DNA of 64,000 nt from a virus (IMGVR_UViG_2537562189_000009); one strand, 5' to 3'; shown: positions 28,886 through 40,077, counted from the stretch's first letter. Made by a program: numbers and translations. Notes: generated by a model from the letters alone, not told the origin.

Positions 28886-29641
28886 ATGATTCACTACCAC
28901 GGTGGGCCTATTACTCCTGATACGTGCGCAATGAGAGCATGGAAAGGGCGACATGCGTTTATCAGTTTTGCGCATTCAGGCCAGATCAATCTCGCTGCTG
29001 AATACTGTCAGTCGTTCGCGCTGGACAACGGTGCATTCACCGCCTGGAAAGCAGCTGGCAAAAACAAAATCGACTGGAGCGATTACTACGAGTTTGTTGC
29101 TCGCTGGAAGAATCACCCAGGATTCGATTTTGCCATTATCCCGGATGTTATTGATGGCGGAGAGGAGGAAAATGATGCGCTTCTGAATGAGTGGCCTCAC
29201 GGAAAACTAGCTGGCGTTCCAGTGTGGCACATGAATGAAAGTGACGAGCGATTTATTCATTTGTGCAATGAGTTTCCGCGAGTGGCTATCGGTAGTTGTG
29301 GCGACTATGACGTAAAGCGCCCAACTCTTGCGGTAGCCAGAATGAAAGACCTGATTCGTCACATTGTTGATGAGCATGGTCAGCCGGTTACGAAACTACA
29401 TGGATTGCGCATGTTAAATCCGCTGATATTCACAAAATTACCCTTAGCCAGCGCAGATAGTACGAACGTCGCTCGAAACATCGGTATTGATAAAGCCTGG
29501 TCTGGGGCTTATGCACCTGCAAGTAAAGAGACACGCTCAGCATTAATGGTAGAACGGATTGAGGCACACAATAGCCCTGGTTCTCTTGCGTATTGTGAAC
29601 AACGCGACCGCTTTGAAATGCAATTGCAACTGGCAGTTTAA
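28886..29641 (+). CDS. Hypothetical phage protein (251 aa)
   Basis: ORF with coupled start; no family assigned from sequence alone. Confidence 0.4.
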   Translation: MIHYHGGPITPDTCAMRAWKGRHAFISFAHSGQINLAAEYCQSFALDNGAFTAWKAAGKNKIDWSDYYEFVARWKNHPGFDFAIIPDVIDGGEEENDALLNEWPHGKLAGVPVWHMNESDERFIHLCNEFPRVAIGSCGDYDVKRPTLAVARMKDLIRHIVDEHGQPVTKLHGLRMLNPLIFTKLPLASADSTNVARNIGIDKAWSGAYAPASKETRSALMVERIEAHNSPGSLAYCEQRDRFEMQLQLAV

Positions 29642-29822
29642 GGACTAACAAATGACCACTATAACCAAAGAGCGACTGCTGACAATCAAGCAGTGGCGCG
29701 AAACATACGGACCTGGTAGCAACGTTGTACTGCCAGCAGAAGAAGCGGAAGAACTGGCACGGATTGCACTGGCATCGCTGGAAGCAGAGCCTGTAGCGTA
29801 ATGCATTGTTGAAGATGGGGGC

Positions 29823-30281
29823 ATGTGTATTGACGGGTTCGGTGAGTATGTGGGTCACTCGCTACCTGATGGAACGCACCAGCTTTACACTGCCCCTCCA
29901 GCGCCAGTAGTACCTGAAGAAAAACCAATGCCTAACCCTCTTAAAATGTACGCGGTCGATGCTGTTGCCGCTATTGCAGAGGTGAGAGGCTGGAACTCCT
30001 GCCGCGCCTCCATGCTTCATGGTGCCGAACCTGTAAGCCAAACTTACAAGTTGAACGAGCTGTCGAGCAACTCTCCGGTAACTCCGGCTCGTTGGATAAG
30101 CTGTAGTACACGAATCCCCGCTCAAGATGATTGGATTTTAATTTATTCAAAGCACGGCGAGTATATGGCAGGACAGGTACAAGGGGAATACGTGGAGTTG
30201 AGCGACGGCACTTTATCGTGGTTAGGGAGCGCCTTATTCTGGATGCCGCTGCCAGAACCGCCGAAGGAGGTACGCCAATGA
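29823..30281 (+). CDS. DUF551-like phage protein (152 aa)
   Basis: C-terminal ...WILIYSKHGEYMAGQ...WMPLPEPP resembles DUF551 proteins found next to ead genes; tentative. Confidence 0.4.
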   Translation: MCIDGFGEYVGHSLPDGTHQLYTAPPAPVVPEEKPMPNPLKMYAVDAVAAIAEVRGWNSCRASMLHGAEPVSQTYKLNELSSNSPVTPARWISCSTRIPAQDDWILIYSKHGEYMAGQVQGEYVELSDGTLSWLGSALFWMPLPEPPKEVRQ

Positions 30282-30571
30282 GCTAGCCTGAAGCCTTCTC
30301 AAATGTTGGTATTGCAATGGCGGTAGCGCTGATGGTGTATTCGATTTGCCGCTGGGGATAAAAACGGTTTGCGGGGAAAGAAGAGTTAAGTAGAATTGCT
30401 GCGGGTGCTTGAGGCTGTCTGCCTCGGGCATGCCGCCGTAAGGCAGACATAGAAAAGCCCCAGTTAACATTTCGCGTCTTGCAGGACGCTTAACATTAAT
30501 CTGAGGCCAATTTCATACTAGACACATGTAGGTTAGCCTCTTACGTGCCGAAAGGCAAGGAGAAGCAGTCT

Positions 30572-30727
30572 ATGATGCAGCAAAAGGCGATGTTAATCGC
30601 CCTGATCGTCATCTGTATTACCGTTGTTGTGACGGCACTGGTAACGAGGAAAGACCTCTGCGAGGTAGGAATCCGAACCGGTCAGACGGAGGTCGCTGTC
30701 TTCGTAGACTACGAATCTGAGAAGTAA
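30572..30727 (+). CDS. hok: Hok-family type I toxin (51 aa), third hok locus
   Basis: MMQQKAMLIALIVICITVVVTALVTRKDLCEVGIRTGQTEVAVFVDYESEK; SD AAGGAG upstream; leader homologous (inverted) to 4381-4512. Confidence 0.8.
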   Translation: MMQQKAMLIALIVICITVVVTALVTRKDLCEVGIRTGQTEVAVFVDYESEK

Positions 30728-30846
30728 GAGACCTGGCGAGGGAGTAATCTCCCGCCACCTCTGATGTGTCAGGCATCCTCAACGCACCCGCGCTTTACCA
30801 TACTGAAAATGCTGTTTGAATGTTCATCTCTGAAAGAGGACTATGA

Positions 30847-31191
30847 ATGAAAAAGGTATTGATTGCAGCACTTATTTCCGGTGTGTCTTTTGGCGTTTTT
30901 GCACAGCAGGGCGGTTTCCAAGGGCCTGAAGCAGAGCGTTCAACAGTAGCGCAGGCAAAAGAACTGAAGGATGATGCATGGGTTATCCTTGAAGGGAGCA
31001 TCGTTAAAAAAGTGGGTAATGAACGTTATGAGTTTCGTGACAATAGCGGGACAATTGTCACGGATATTGATGACAGCGTATGGGCCGGGCAGAATGTTTC
31101 TCCGAAAGACAAAGTAAGAATTGAGGGTGAAATTGATAAAGACCTGAGCAGTGTTGAAGTGGATGTAAAGGCACTGAAATTATTAAAGTAA
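30847..31191 (+). CDS. YgiW/YdeI (BOF) family periplasmic OB-fold protein (114 aa)
   Basis: Signal peptide MKKVLIAALISGVSFGVFA and ...VILEGSIVKKVGNERYEFRDNSGTI...IEGEIDKD pattern; hairpin plus T-run terminator at ~31205-31240. Confidence 0.7.
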   Translation: MKKVLIAALISGVSFGVFAQQGGFQGPEAERSTVAQAKELKDDAWVILEGSIVKKVGNERYEFRDNSGTIVTDIDDSVWAGQNVSPKDKVRIEGEIDKDLSSVEVDVKALKLLK

Positions 31192-31623
31192 CCGTCCCAG
31201 CTTGCTAAGCCCGTCTTACTGACGGGTTTTCTGTTTGTTATCACAGTATTTTCAACAAAACACCGAATCTTATCCGGTACGCTGTAAAAACCCCGTCCTT
31301 CAGGGCGTGGAGGATGTCAAATGGCAGGGGTGAACATCATCCCGGTTACATCAGATCGCCTAATAACATATCAAGATTATTTTGCTCATAAATGCTATTC
31401 GCCATTACCGTTGCTGCTTCAGCTTAATGAAACGCATAGATCCGCCATGCTTTTTCAGCAAATACGCTGCCATTTGCGCAACTTTTTCTTCATTAAACAT
31501 AAATCGGCTCTCTGTATCACATGAAATGCTCTTTCTGACTATATGTTAATAGCTCCAGTTATTACAGGTCAATGAGTGTTTATTTCTTAATCAGCCCCGC
31601 ACTTCCGTACGGGGCATGTTCTG

Positions 31624-34600
31624 TTACTCCACTCCCACTTTTTTGTTGTACTCGCGGTTAAAGCGATCCACGGCAACCTTCATATCCCGCTCTACCGATT
31701 TCACCATCGCCGCCTGCTGCGCCAGACTGAGAGAACTGTCGGCATAAATGGCATCGCGCTGTTTGCGCAAATCCTTCAGTCTCTTCCGGGTATCCTGCAT
31801 AAGCCCGTTCATCGACAATTTTCCGTTGTTCTCGTCAATGAACGCCGTTCTTTCTGCACCGGTCAGACTCTTCAGCTCTGCGTGATACTGCGCAACCTCT
31901 GTCATCCGGTCGTACATCTTCTGCTGGTCTGCATACGGCATCACCTCACCCGAAATTTTCCCCAGGAAGGGCACCTGCTGTTCCGGTATATCAATACCAT
32001 TCAGCGATTTCACCGCCGCATCCGTGGTTTTGGAAATGAAGCGCCCTGTCCCTCCGGAGATATAGTCAATCCAGAATATCAGCGATTCCGGTGTGATATC
32101 CACCGCGCCGGGACGGTACTGACTGCCACCAGAGAACGCATTCAGCCAAGATGCAAACGCCTTGTACGCTTCTGGCGTTGAACGTATTCCCAGCTGGCTG
32201 TCAGGTTTTGGTGTACCAAACGGTATGTTCTCCTGGTAAATCTGCGCCCCCATGAAGTTTTCATTCATGGCAAGGTTCGCAAACGGACGCAGAATGGTCG
32301 GCGCTGCATTTTTCAGCAATGCCCCGGACAGTGTTTCCGACGTCTCACTGCCGATCGGGCTGAATGCCCCCAGGATACCACCGACAACATTACCGGCAGC
32401 ACGGGATGCCGTCAGGTCACCCGCCGCCACACCTTCAGCGGTATGCCCGAGCAGGAAGAAAACGTTGTACCCGTAAGGCAGAGGAATACTCCAGTACTCT
32501 CCGGCCTTGCCCCCGAACACCGATTTCATAATGACGAGGTTACGCTCTTTCACATGAGACGGCACTTTGTCATACCAGTTAACCCCGTCATCATCCTCCC
32601 CCGCAACACTGCGGTTAAGCGAGCCAAGCAGATAACCCGCTCCCACAGCTGCAAGCGCGATTTTCTGCGGTACATTGAGATTCTTCCAGCGAAGGCGCTC
32701 CAGTAACGGCCCGTCGCCATTAAGATGTCCGAGCGTTCTCACCAGGTTTGCCGTCCCCTGAATGCTGGCGTTGGCAAACATATACAGCGAGTTCATCAGC
32801 GCTCCCTGCTCACCACGACGATTAAAGTTCACCGTCATGTTTTTGGCAAGAGACGCCGCCTGCTGGCGTGACAAACCGGCATCACGGGCGTGTTTATAGG
32901 CAGAAAGACGCAGAGCATTTTCAACCGCCCCGTTGGCATCCTCGACAAGGTTAAGGAACGAATTCCATGCACCGATACTCTGGCCTTTCCATCCTCCCTT
33001 CGCCAGCGATACAAGGCGATCCATTTCCTTCTGCTGGCCTTCAAGGTCACCCATGTTAAACCAGCCGGTTTTACCTCCGTCCTCAACAAACTCTTTCCAC
33101 ACCTTCTGCCACTGCGCACCTTTGCCCGTGAGGTTTTTGCCACGCAGACTGGCGTATACGGCTGACATAGCAGAACGGCTGTCTTTCACCACAGCCAGTG
33201 CGGATAAGTTATCCAGCCCTTTCAGTTTGCCGTCGCTCCTTCCCTGCTCCGCCTTCAGATTCATCACCGCTGTCTGCACATCACGGATGAAGTTACTGAC
33301 CAGGAATTCCGGGTTATACGACGTGTTCACCGTTGCCAGGAAGCGGTTAACTTTCCCCAGCGTACGGATTACTGCGTTACTGGTTTCCGGTCCCATATTC
33401 TTCATCGCACGCATCAGGCGCGGATCATGGAGTTTGATGTAGTACGTTTTGCCGTTCTTTTTGGTGGTGAAGTACCGGTCTGCCATCATTGCCATCGCCA
33501 CCGGACGCTCGACAACTTCGCGAATGGTTTCACCAGTTTCCTGGTCCTTGCGCTCTGCAATCACACGCATGGTATCCGGTCTGTCATCAGTGAATACCTG
33601 CCAGTAATCCTTATCGGGATTATCCTGCACCAGCTTCAGGAAGGCGTTACCCACTTCATTTTTGCGACTGCGGATCAGCGATTCGCTCAAGTCCTGTATC
33701 GCCTGAGTGGACGGAGACTGTGCGCGGGATGCACGCCCCATGGCCTGCTTACTTTCACGCCCACCGATGGTGAAGCCCTTACCTGTACGGGGCAGTGACA
33801 CCACACCGTCAACATCCTGCCCTTTCAAGGGAACGTAGTAACGGTAGGCGTTCTGCCAGGCATCCACCACACCGCTCTCTTCCAGTCCGGCCTCACGGAT
33901 AAGCTCACGGCGACGGGCCAGCATATCGTCAACAATCCCTGCCAGACGGTCATACTGTGCCTGTTTGCCGCTGTTACGTACACGCTGCATGATTTCCGCC
34001 GCTTCCGCGTTGGTCATCCCCGAACCGCCGTCCGGCATTTTCGGGTTGATTTTCGCGATATGCGCGTTACGTTCCGGCGCGTGACGGGCGTAGAGATACT
34101 CATCCAGATCGGCCTGCGCAATTTTGTAGTCCGCCAGTAATTTAGCCAGTGGCTGAACGTAGCGCTCCTTCATCACGTTCAGGTCGTTTTCCGCCTTCCC
34201 GTGGAAGAGTTCTTCCGCCATATAAGCGTTGTTACTGTCGTCTATTTTTCCGCCAGTTTTACGGATATTCTCCTGAACAGCTTTCAGCACCTGGAATTTA
34301 TCCTGCATCTGGCGCACAAAACGCGATGCAATTGTCTCTTCCGGTGTCAGACTGCTGGTACGGGAGTAATACGGCCCCTTGCGAATATCTTCAGGATAGA
34401 GTATTTTATCTACAGAGCCGCGATAAGAACGCTCCTCTTTGGGCAATTGAAGCCCACTGTACTGAGGGTTATCGCGGCTTAATTTTTCCTTCCGGTAAAG
34501 CGTCAAACCTGCTTTATCCAGGCTATTAGCTTTGTTCATCCCTCCTTTTGTTCCATATACAGAAGCCACCTTGTTAATTTCTATTCGTTTATCTGTTGCC

Positions 34601-37600
34601 TTCATGTGCACTGCCGACACCACCGGATCACCATTTTTATCCACGGCATCAAGCAGCATCACAACCGCATTTCTTTCTGTCGCGGAACGGTAAATTGCAT
34701 CCGGATCGTGCATCAGCTCAGGAAGTCTCTCGATAACATCCATCGGCACCACATGTTTCACGCCATTGGTTGCCTTCCGCACAGTGTCGCGGGAGATAAC
34801 CAGCGGCAAATCTGGTGCGCCAAGGTGGCGCAATACCGGCGGCGTACGCCCGATGTTTGCAGTCATTGCACCAGAACGTAACGACTTCATCATTCTGGCA
34901 AGGTCATCACGATAACGCTCGCCCTCACCTTCCGGCACTTTGAACGGATCAGGTTTACCACTACGGGAGTACTGAGACGATGCGTCCGCGCCATCCTCAC
35001 GCGGCGTGTAACCTTCCCGCACACGCTGGCCTAACGTACGGATGGTCTCGCGAACAAGTCTGATATCGTTCAGTTCCGTCGGCTTCAGTAACCCCGTACG
35101 ACGCAGTACCCCTTTGACCAGGGCAACAACACGCTCCCATGCCGCCACGAATTTATTCGGCTGTTTCTCCGCCATATGTGCCAGAAATTCACCCGCCTGC
35201 ACTTCCGGTGATTCCTTACCATAAGACGCATCAACCTTACGCCAGGCTTCACGGATGGTGGCGTTATCACTGTCACGGGTTTTCAGCACGGTCTTAATAA
35301 TCGTCTGATATTCCGCTGGCGTGACAACATGCTCCATGGCATGGTGGATAATCTCGTGACGCAACTTCTCGCGTACGGTCCGCCCGTCAGGGATGTTATC
35401 CGCCACCAGGACAATTTCTCGTTTATCCGGACGATAGAATGCGTGCACCCTGCCGTAACCGTCGAACGATTCACCCGCCAGCGCTTCAGCCTCTTTCTGT
35501 GACTTCACCACACGGACCTTCAGGTCACTGTCCTTAATGCCGCTCATCACGCCACGGGCAACCGCTTCAACCTGCGGGACCGGGCTGCCTTTGGCTTCCG
35601 CACTACGGTTAACATCCGAAATGAGATTACCTTCAGGTGTGCGGGTAACGCCCTTACGGGAATAAAACGCAACGCCCTTGTCCGTCTCACGGGTTTTCAG
35701 GGTGCGGAACAGGTGATCGAATGCCTCACGAATACCGCCATCCAGTTCCGCATTCGTCGGATAAGCGTAGGTGTTATCTGTGTTGTGCTCAGGTGCCTTA
35801 CGGATATTGACCAGATAATCATTCTCCACGCCAGCCATACGCGCCTTATCCTGAACATAACGCTCAAAGGCACGTGCCGCCATTTCAACATCCGTTGACC
35901 AGTACGGTTTTGAGCGCACCTCATCAAGAAGCGCTGAACGACGCGGCATGTCACTGTTTTTAATGGCCTGAATCACACCTTTAAAAGCGTCGTAAACCTC
36001 CTGACGTACCGGATATTCAGCATCAACATACCTGCCGTCTTTAAATACGCGCCTGGCACGCTGTGCTTCCGTCATAAAGTCGCCACCTGACGTAATTTTC
36101 CCGTCAGTGGAAACGTCATAACGACCAAAATAATTATCCAGAGAATGGAACCATTCGTGCGCCAGCGCACCCGGTCCGTTACCTTTTGTCAGGTTGATTG
36201 CCGCCTCACCCGGCTCATAGTGTGCTGCCGCCTTACCCTTACCACGGGCACCAAATGCCAGGCCAAGACGACCGTTCAGGGAAAGCGCTTTTGTCGGTAC
36301 ATTCAGTACTTCCGCAAGGTCATGCAGCGAGTCATAAGCCCGGTTCAAATCAGCCTGACGACGCGGACCTTCCACATAATTACCAAACTGCACACCACGG
36401 AAACCAAACGCATCACTGAACTGCTCCGGTGAAACATTCCCCTTGCGGCGTTCTGGTCCGGTACGGTCGCGGTTGGTGGCGTTGCGCTGCTCCTCACGCG
36501 AAATCTCCCGCATCTCCTTCACATGACGAACAAGCTCATCACGATGTGAATCAATGTACTTACGCGCATCACTGGCTGACTTAAAGCCACCTCTCACCCG
36601 CATTTTGTTTTTACCGTAAGCGATAAAAATATCGCCACTGCGGGTATTCCGGTAAACGTCAAAGCGGATTTTGTCATCCGGTGACGGTGCTGTTTTTTCA
36701 TCACCTTTCGCCTGTGATTTTTCCTCCTGCTCTGCAAACCAGACTTTCGCCTTTGCCAGTAATTCATCCCTGCTTTCCGAGAAAAAGAGGTTACTCCCCT
36801 TATTGTCCTTATTGCGCAGTGAATAAAGTTTCTGTGGCGGATCGTAACGCTTCCCTCCTGCCGCCTGATACACACCCGATACCACCCGATAAGCAGAAGC
36901 TCTGTCCATCTGTGAGGGTGGCAGAGTGCGTAACAGTTGCCAGGTGTCCGCGTAACGGGAGGGCATTCTGCCTTCCATCCATTCTGCGAGGCGTTTCGCG
37001 CTGACCGTTCCGTTCAGCATTTCCGATACACTGTGTCGTACTTTTTTTATGCTCTCCCCCCAGCCTGCCGTATTGTGTTTCGTCTTCGCCGGAATATCGC
37101 TACGATACAGCGCTATCATTGCCAGGGTATCAGCATCGGCACCTTCGTTCGCCAGTTTTGCGTAGTCCGGTTTCGGGAACAGTTTGCTCAGCGGCTGCGT
37201 GGCATAATCCCTGTCTTCCAGCGTTTTACCCAGTGTTTCAGCAAGCTGTGCATAACGGTGTTTGGCTGCCCCTTTAATTTCCTCGCCAAAGTCTTCAATT
37301 TTTTTGCCCCTGACTTCACCTCCGCGCACGGTAGCTTCCCTGTCAGTAGAGACAGTTGTTTCAGATTCAGGTGCGATTGTCTCAGGCTGCGGGATGTCAC
37401 GATTTCCTCCGGCCTGTCGGCGTACTTCTGCCTGCTGTGCAAGCTCAGGCAGTGAGTCCCGTACAGTGCGGGGAAGTGATTCAGGCTGAGGCATACGAAC
37501 ATTACGCGCAATGTCAGGAGCCGGTAGCCCTTCACGTACCGGTGCTGTCGCGTTCTGCGCATCCGGTGACGGCAGACCACGACGAACCATTTCACCCTCG

Positions 37601-40047
37601 AGTGTTTCCCCCTGGCGACCAGCGGCGTTTTCCGGTGCCGGAGCTTGTCCTTTCTGGAAACTCTGGCCCTTAACCTCACCGGTTGTGGTAAAACGACCAC
37701 CACGTCCTGCCTGATTCTCATCCGGCGTACGCGCCACCTCTCCCGGTAACGGATATCCCTGTCCGGGATGAATATCGCCGGGAGCGGGCAGGCGTGGACG
37801 CTCAGTTAACTCCTGTGCTGTCGGACCGGCATCACCTTCAGCCATCTGTGAACGTACAAGCTCCTCTGCCGTCGGCACGTTGCCACGGGCAAGGCGGGCC
37901 TGTACCTCCGTATCATCCCCCGTGAAACCACGGAATCGTGGGTCACGCATGAACGCGGGCTGCTCCATCGGGTCAGCATCAGCAATACGCTCTCCGTCAG
38001 CCAGGGTGTTAATGGTTTCCGTTGCCACATCTTCAGAGAACGCAGGATTATCCATTTCAACGGCATACTGATTCTCGCCTTTCTTCACTACGGACGGTTT
38101 CAGGCCGGTAGCGGCGGCATTACGGAAAACATCACTCCCCATGGCGCTTTTCTCATCCGTGAAATAACGGTTGTCCGGGCGCACCTTTTCAATGCGTTCC
38201 GCTGGTCTGGACGCACCATTCCCGTTAATTTCAATGCGGACTTCATTCGGGTCCCGGAACCGCACCGTCGGGTAAATGCTCCCGTTACCATCCTCCGCAT
38301 TTTCAGGCTGTGACTGTGCTTCCGGCGTCACTTCCTGTTGTGGGCGAATGACTTCTCGTATTGCCTGAAACTGTTGTTCTTCAGTCTCGGTGCGCCCCTC
38401 TTTCTGGCTGAGTCTGCGGTATTCCTCAAGCAGTTCAGAACGCGGCTTCGCCTTCAGCTCATTCATCACAGCCTGTCGCTTCGCCTGTTCGTCCAGTTCA
38501 TTCAACAACTGGCTGGCAGCTTCCCGGCGATGAGCTGCGGATGCGTCACCCTCTGTTGCCATATCCGCATCAGCATACTGCTCCAGAAGCTGCTCGCGAT
38601 TCATGCCCTGCATGGATTCACGCTGCTGCGCCACCGGATCAACAGATTCTGGTTGCGGGGCTGCGTCGTCCTGCTGCACGGTTTCAGCATCACGCATGGC
38701 GGTTTCTTCTGCGGCCTGACGTCTGCCACGATATCCGGCAACCGCACCGGATGGAGCCCCCATCGCAGCACCAAAGGCTGCACCTTCGATCGTTGCGTCA
38801 GCCACGCCCTCCCACGGTGACACATCCATTCCGGCGGTCTCACGCAATGCCGTGTTTTCCTGATAGCGTGAATAGCCGCCCTGCGCCGCATTAATCGCCC
38901 CCTGTTCCGTGGCATTTCTGACAATGCCGCTTTTAACGGTCTTCGCTGTGCCTCGTGTCACCAGATTAAACAGTTGTGCGTCACCCAGTTTTGCCGCCAT
39001 GGCATTCACAGCCAGCAATTCAGGATCGGTTGCCAGCTGCGCGCGCACCTCATCGGCAACACGCTCTTTTGCCAGATCCATTTTCTGGCGATCAGTAAGC
39101 TGTGCGTGCTGCGGGTCGGCGTCAATGGACAAAAACGTCTGCTGAAATTTCGGTGACTGCGCCAGCTCAGAGTAATCCGCATTAAGAACAGCATCTGCTG
39201 CCGCCATTGCACTCTGCCCCTGTGCACTGGCTGTGGAATGGGTGATCAGGCCCGCCTGGAATAAATCCGGCATTTTTTTATCGACAGCTTCTGCTGCCAG
39301 TGCCGTGGCTCTTTCCGGCTGCATCCCTGCCGCGATGTATTTTTTCTCCAGCCCGGCGGTCAGCATTTTTCGCAGTGTGACATCACCCACCTTTTTAGCC
39401 ACACCGCCAGCAACCATATCAGGTACAAGCGCACCAATCAGGTTTACACCCTTCGCCACCCAGACCGCAGAATCATCATAGCCTTCGGTCATCGGCGTAT
39501 TCAGCGCACGAACTGCACCCGGCGACATCTTACCGGTCAGCCATTCATCAGTGGCTTCAGCACCATCACTGACAGCCTTACCGGTTGCCTTCAGACCTTT
39601 ACCGACAGTATCAGTAACCGCGTTTTTGCCATCAGGCAGGGTATCGATGACCTCATCAGCCCCCCTGCTGCCACCGGCAAAAATATCCTGCACAGTTGTG
39701 ACACCCGGCAGCCCCATACGGCTGAACTCATTTAAAATACGCGCCCCTGTTTTTACCGGGCTCTGAATCATCGCATCACCGAGTCCACGGGCCATTTCCC
39801 CTGTTCCCCGGACGGACTGGGCGAAACCTTTACCCATTGTTGGCAATACATCGCCCAGGCTGAACGACGTACTGTTATCCTTCCAGCGATTCGGATCAGA
39901 GAAAAATGCTTCATAGCTGTCAGTTTCGCCGGGTTGCTGAATGTTCAGGCTGTTACGATTCTGGTTACCGAGTTGCGCCTCAGGACGCTGTTCCTCTGAA
40001 TAGGCCATACAGACTCCATAAAAAAACCCGGCACAATGGCCGGGCAT
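31624..40047 (-). CDS. Giant virion-associated protein (2807 aa) with embedded HExxH zincin-like motif
   Basis: Single uninterrupted ORF; ALAHEWFH at nt ~36145-36159; long Ala/Gln-rich and charged low-complexity tracts; last gene of a co-directional block of six. Confidence 0.8.
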   Translation of the reverse strand: MPGHCAGFFYGVCMAYSEEQRPEAQLGNQNRNSLNIQQPGETDSYEAFFSDPNRWKDNSTSFSLGDVLPTMGKGFAQSVRGTGEMARGLGDAMIQSPVKTGARILNEFSRMGLPGVTTVQDIFAGGSRGADEVIDTLPDGKNAVTDTVGKGLKATGKAVSDGAEATDEWLTGKMSPGAVRALNTPMTEGYDDSAVWVAKGVNLIGALVPDMVAGGVAKKVGDVTLRKMLTAGLEKKYIAAGMQPERATALAAEAVDKKMPDLFQAGLITHSTASAQGQSAMAAADAVLNADYSELAQSPKFQQTFLSIDADPQHAQLTDRQKMDLAKERVADEVRAQLATDPELLAVNAMAAKLGDAQLFNLVTRGTAKTVKSGIVRNATEQGAINAAQGGYSRYQENTALRETAGMDVSPWEGVADATIEGAAFGAAMGAPSGAVAGYRGRRQAAEETAMRDAETVQQDDAAPQPESVDPVAQQRESMQGMNREQLLEQYADADMATEGDASAAHRREAASQLLNELDEQAKRQAVMNELKAKPRSELLEEYRRLSQKEGRTETEEQQFQAIREVIRPQQEVTPEAQSQPENAEDGNGSIYPTVRFRDPNEVRIEINGNGASRPAERIEKVRPDNRYFTDEKSAMGSDVFRNAAATGLKPSVVKKGENQYAVEMDNPAFSEDVATETINTLADGERIADADPMEQPAFMRDPRFRGFTGDDTEVQARLARGNVPTAEELVRSQMAEGDAGPTAQELTERPRLPAPGDIHPGQGYPLPGEVARTPDENQAGRGGRFTTTGEVKGQSFQKGQAPAPENAAGRQGETLEGEMVRRGLPSPDAQNATAPVREGLPAPDIARNVRMPQPESLPRTVRDSLPELAQQAEVRRQAGGNRDIPQPETIAPESETTVSTDREATVRGGEVRGKKIEDFGEEIKGAAKHRYAQLAETLGKTLEDRDYATQPLSKLFPKPDYAKLANEGADADTLAMIALYRSDIPAKTKHNTAGWGESIKKVRHSVSEMLNGTVSAKRLAEWMEGRMPSRYADTWQLLRTLPPSQMDRASAYRVVSGVYQAAGGKRYDPPQKLYSLRNKDNKGSNLFFSESRDELLAKAKVWFAEQEEKSQAKGDEKTAPSPDDKIRFDVYRNTRSGDIFIAYGKNKMRVRGGFKSASDARKYIDSHRDELVRHVKEMREISREEQRNATNRDRTGPERRKGNVSPEQFSDAFGFRGVQFGNYVEGPRRQADLNRAYDSLHDLAEVLNVPTKALSLNGRLGLAFGARGKGKAAAHYEPGEAAINLTKGNGPGALAHEWFHSLDNYFGRYDVSTDGKITSGGDFMTEAQRARRVFKDGRYVDAEYPVRQEVYDAFKGVIQAIKNSDMPRRSALLDEVRSKPYWSTDVEMAARAFERYVQDKARMAGVENDYLVNIRKAPEHNTDNTYAYPTNAELDGGIREAFDHLFRTLKTRETDKGVAFYSRKGVTRTPEGNLISDVNRSAEAKGSPVPQVEAVARGVMSGIKDSDLKVRVVKSQKEAEALAGESFDGYGRVHAFYRPDKREIVLVADNIPDGRTVREKLRHEIIHHAMEHVVTPAEYQTIIKTVLKTRDSDNATIREAWRKVDASYGKESPEVQAGEFLAHMAEKQPNKFVAAWERVVALVKGVLRRTGLLKPTELNDIRLVRETIRTLGQRVREGYTPREDGADASSQYSRSGKPDPFKVPEGEGERYRDDLARMMKSLRSGAMTANIGRTPPVLRHLGAPDLPLVISRDTVRKATNGVKHVVPMDVIERLPELMHDPDAIYRSATERNAVVMLLDAVDKNGDPVVSAVHMKATDKRIEINKVASVYGTKGGMNKANSLDKAGLTLYRKEKLSRDNPQYSGLQLPKEERSYRGSVDKILYPEDIRKGPYYSRTSSLTPEETIASRFVRQMQDKFQVLKAVQENIRKTGGKIDDSNNAYMAEELFHGKAENDLNVMKERYVQPLAKLLADYKIAQADLDEYLYARHAPERNAHIAKINPKMPDGGSGMTNAEAAEIMQRVRNSGKQAQYDRLAGIVDDMLARRRELIREAGLEESGVVDAWQNAYRYYVPLKGQDVDGVVSLPRTGKGFTIGGRESKQAMGRASRAQSPSTQAIQDLSESLIRSRKNEVGNAFLKLVQDNPDKDYWQVFTDDRPDTMRVIAERKDQETGETIREVVERPVAMAMMADRYFTTKKNGKTYYIKLHDPRLMRAMKNMGPETSNAVIRTLGKVNRFLATVNTSYNPEFLVSNFIRDVQTAVMNLKAEQGRSDGKLKGLDNLSALAVVKDSRSAMSAVYASLRGKNLTGKGAQWQKVWKEFVEDGGKTGWFNMGDLEGQQKEMDRLVSLAKGGWKGQSIGAWNSFLNLVEDANGAVENALRLSAYKHARDAGLSRQQAASLAKNMTVNFNRRGEQGALMNSLYMFANASIQGTANLVRTLGHLNGDGPLLERLRWKNLNVPQKIALAAVGAGYLLGSLNRSVAGEDDDGVNWYDKVPSHVKERNLVIMKSVFGGKAGEYWSIPLPYGYNVFFLLGHTAEGVAAGDLTASRAAGNVVGGILGAFSPIGSETSETLSGALLKNAAPTILRPFANLAMNENFMGAQIYQENIPFGTPKPDSQLGIRSTPEAYKAFASWLNAFSGGSQYRPGAVDITPESLIFWIDYISGGTGRFISKTTDAAVKSLNGIDIPEQQVPFLGKISGEVMPYADQQKMYDRMTEVAQYHAELKSLTGAERTAFIDENNGKLSMNGLMQDTRKRLKDLRKQRDAIYADSSLSLAQQAAMVKSVERDMKVAVDRFNREYNKKVGVE

Positions 40048-40077
40048 CAGGAAATGGTATTAATGGAATATCGTGAA

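Noticed and set aside
31882-39766. Numerous plus-strand ORFs of 60-180 aa inside the giant gene
   Set aside because: All antisense to one uninterrupted 2807-codon frame; GC-rich antisense frames commonly stay open.
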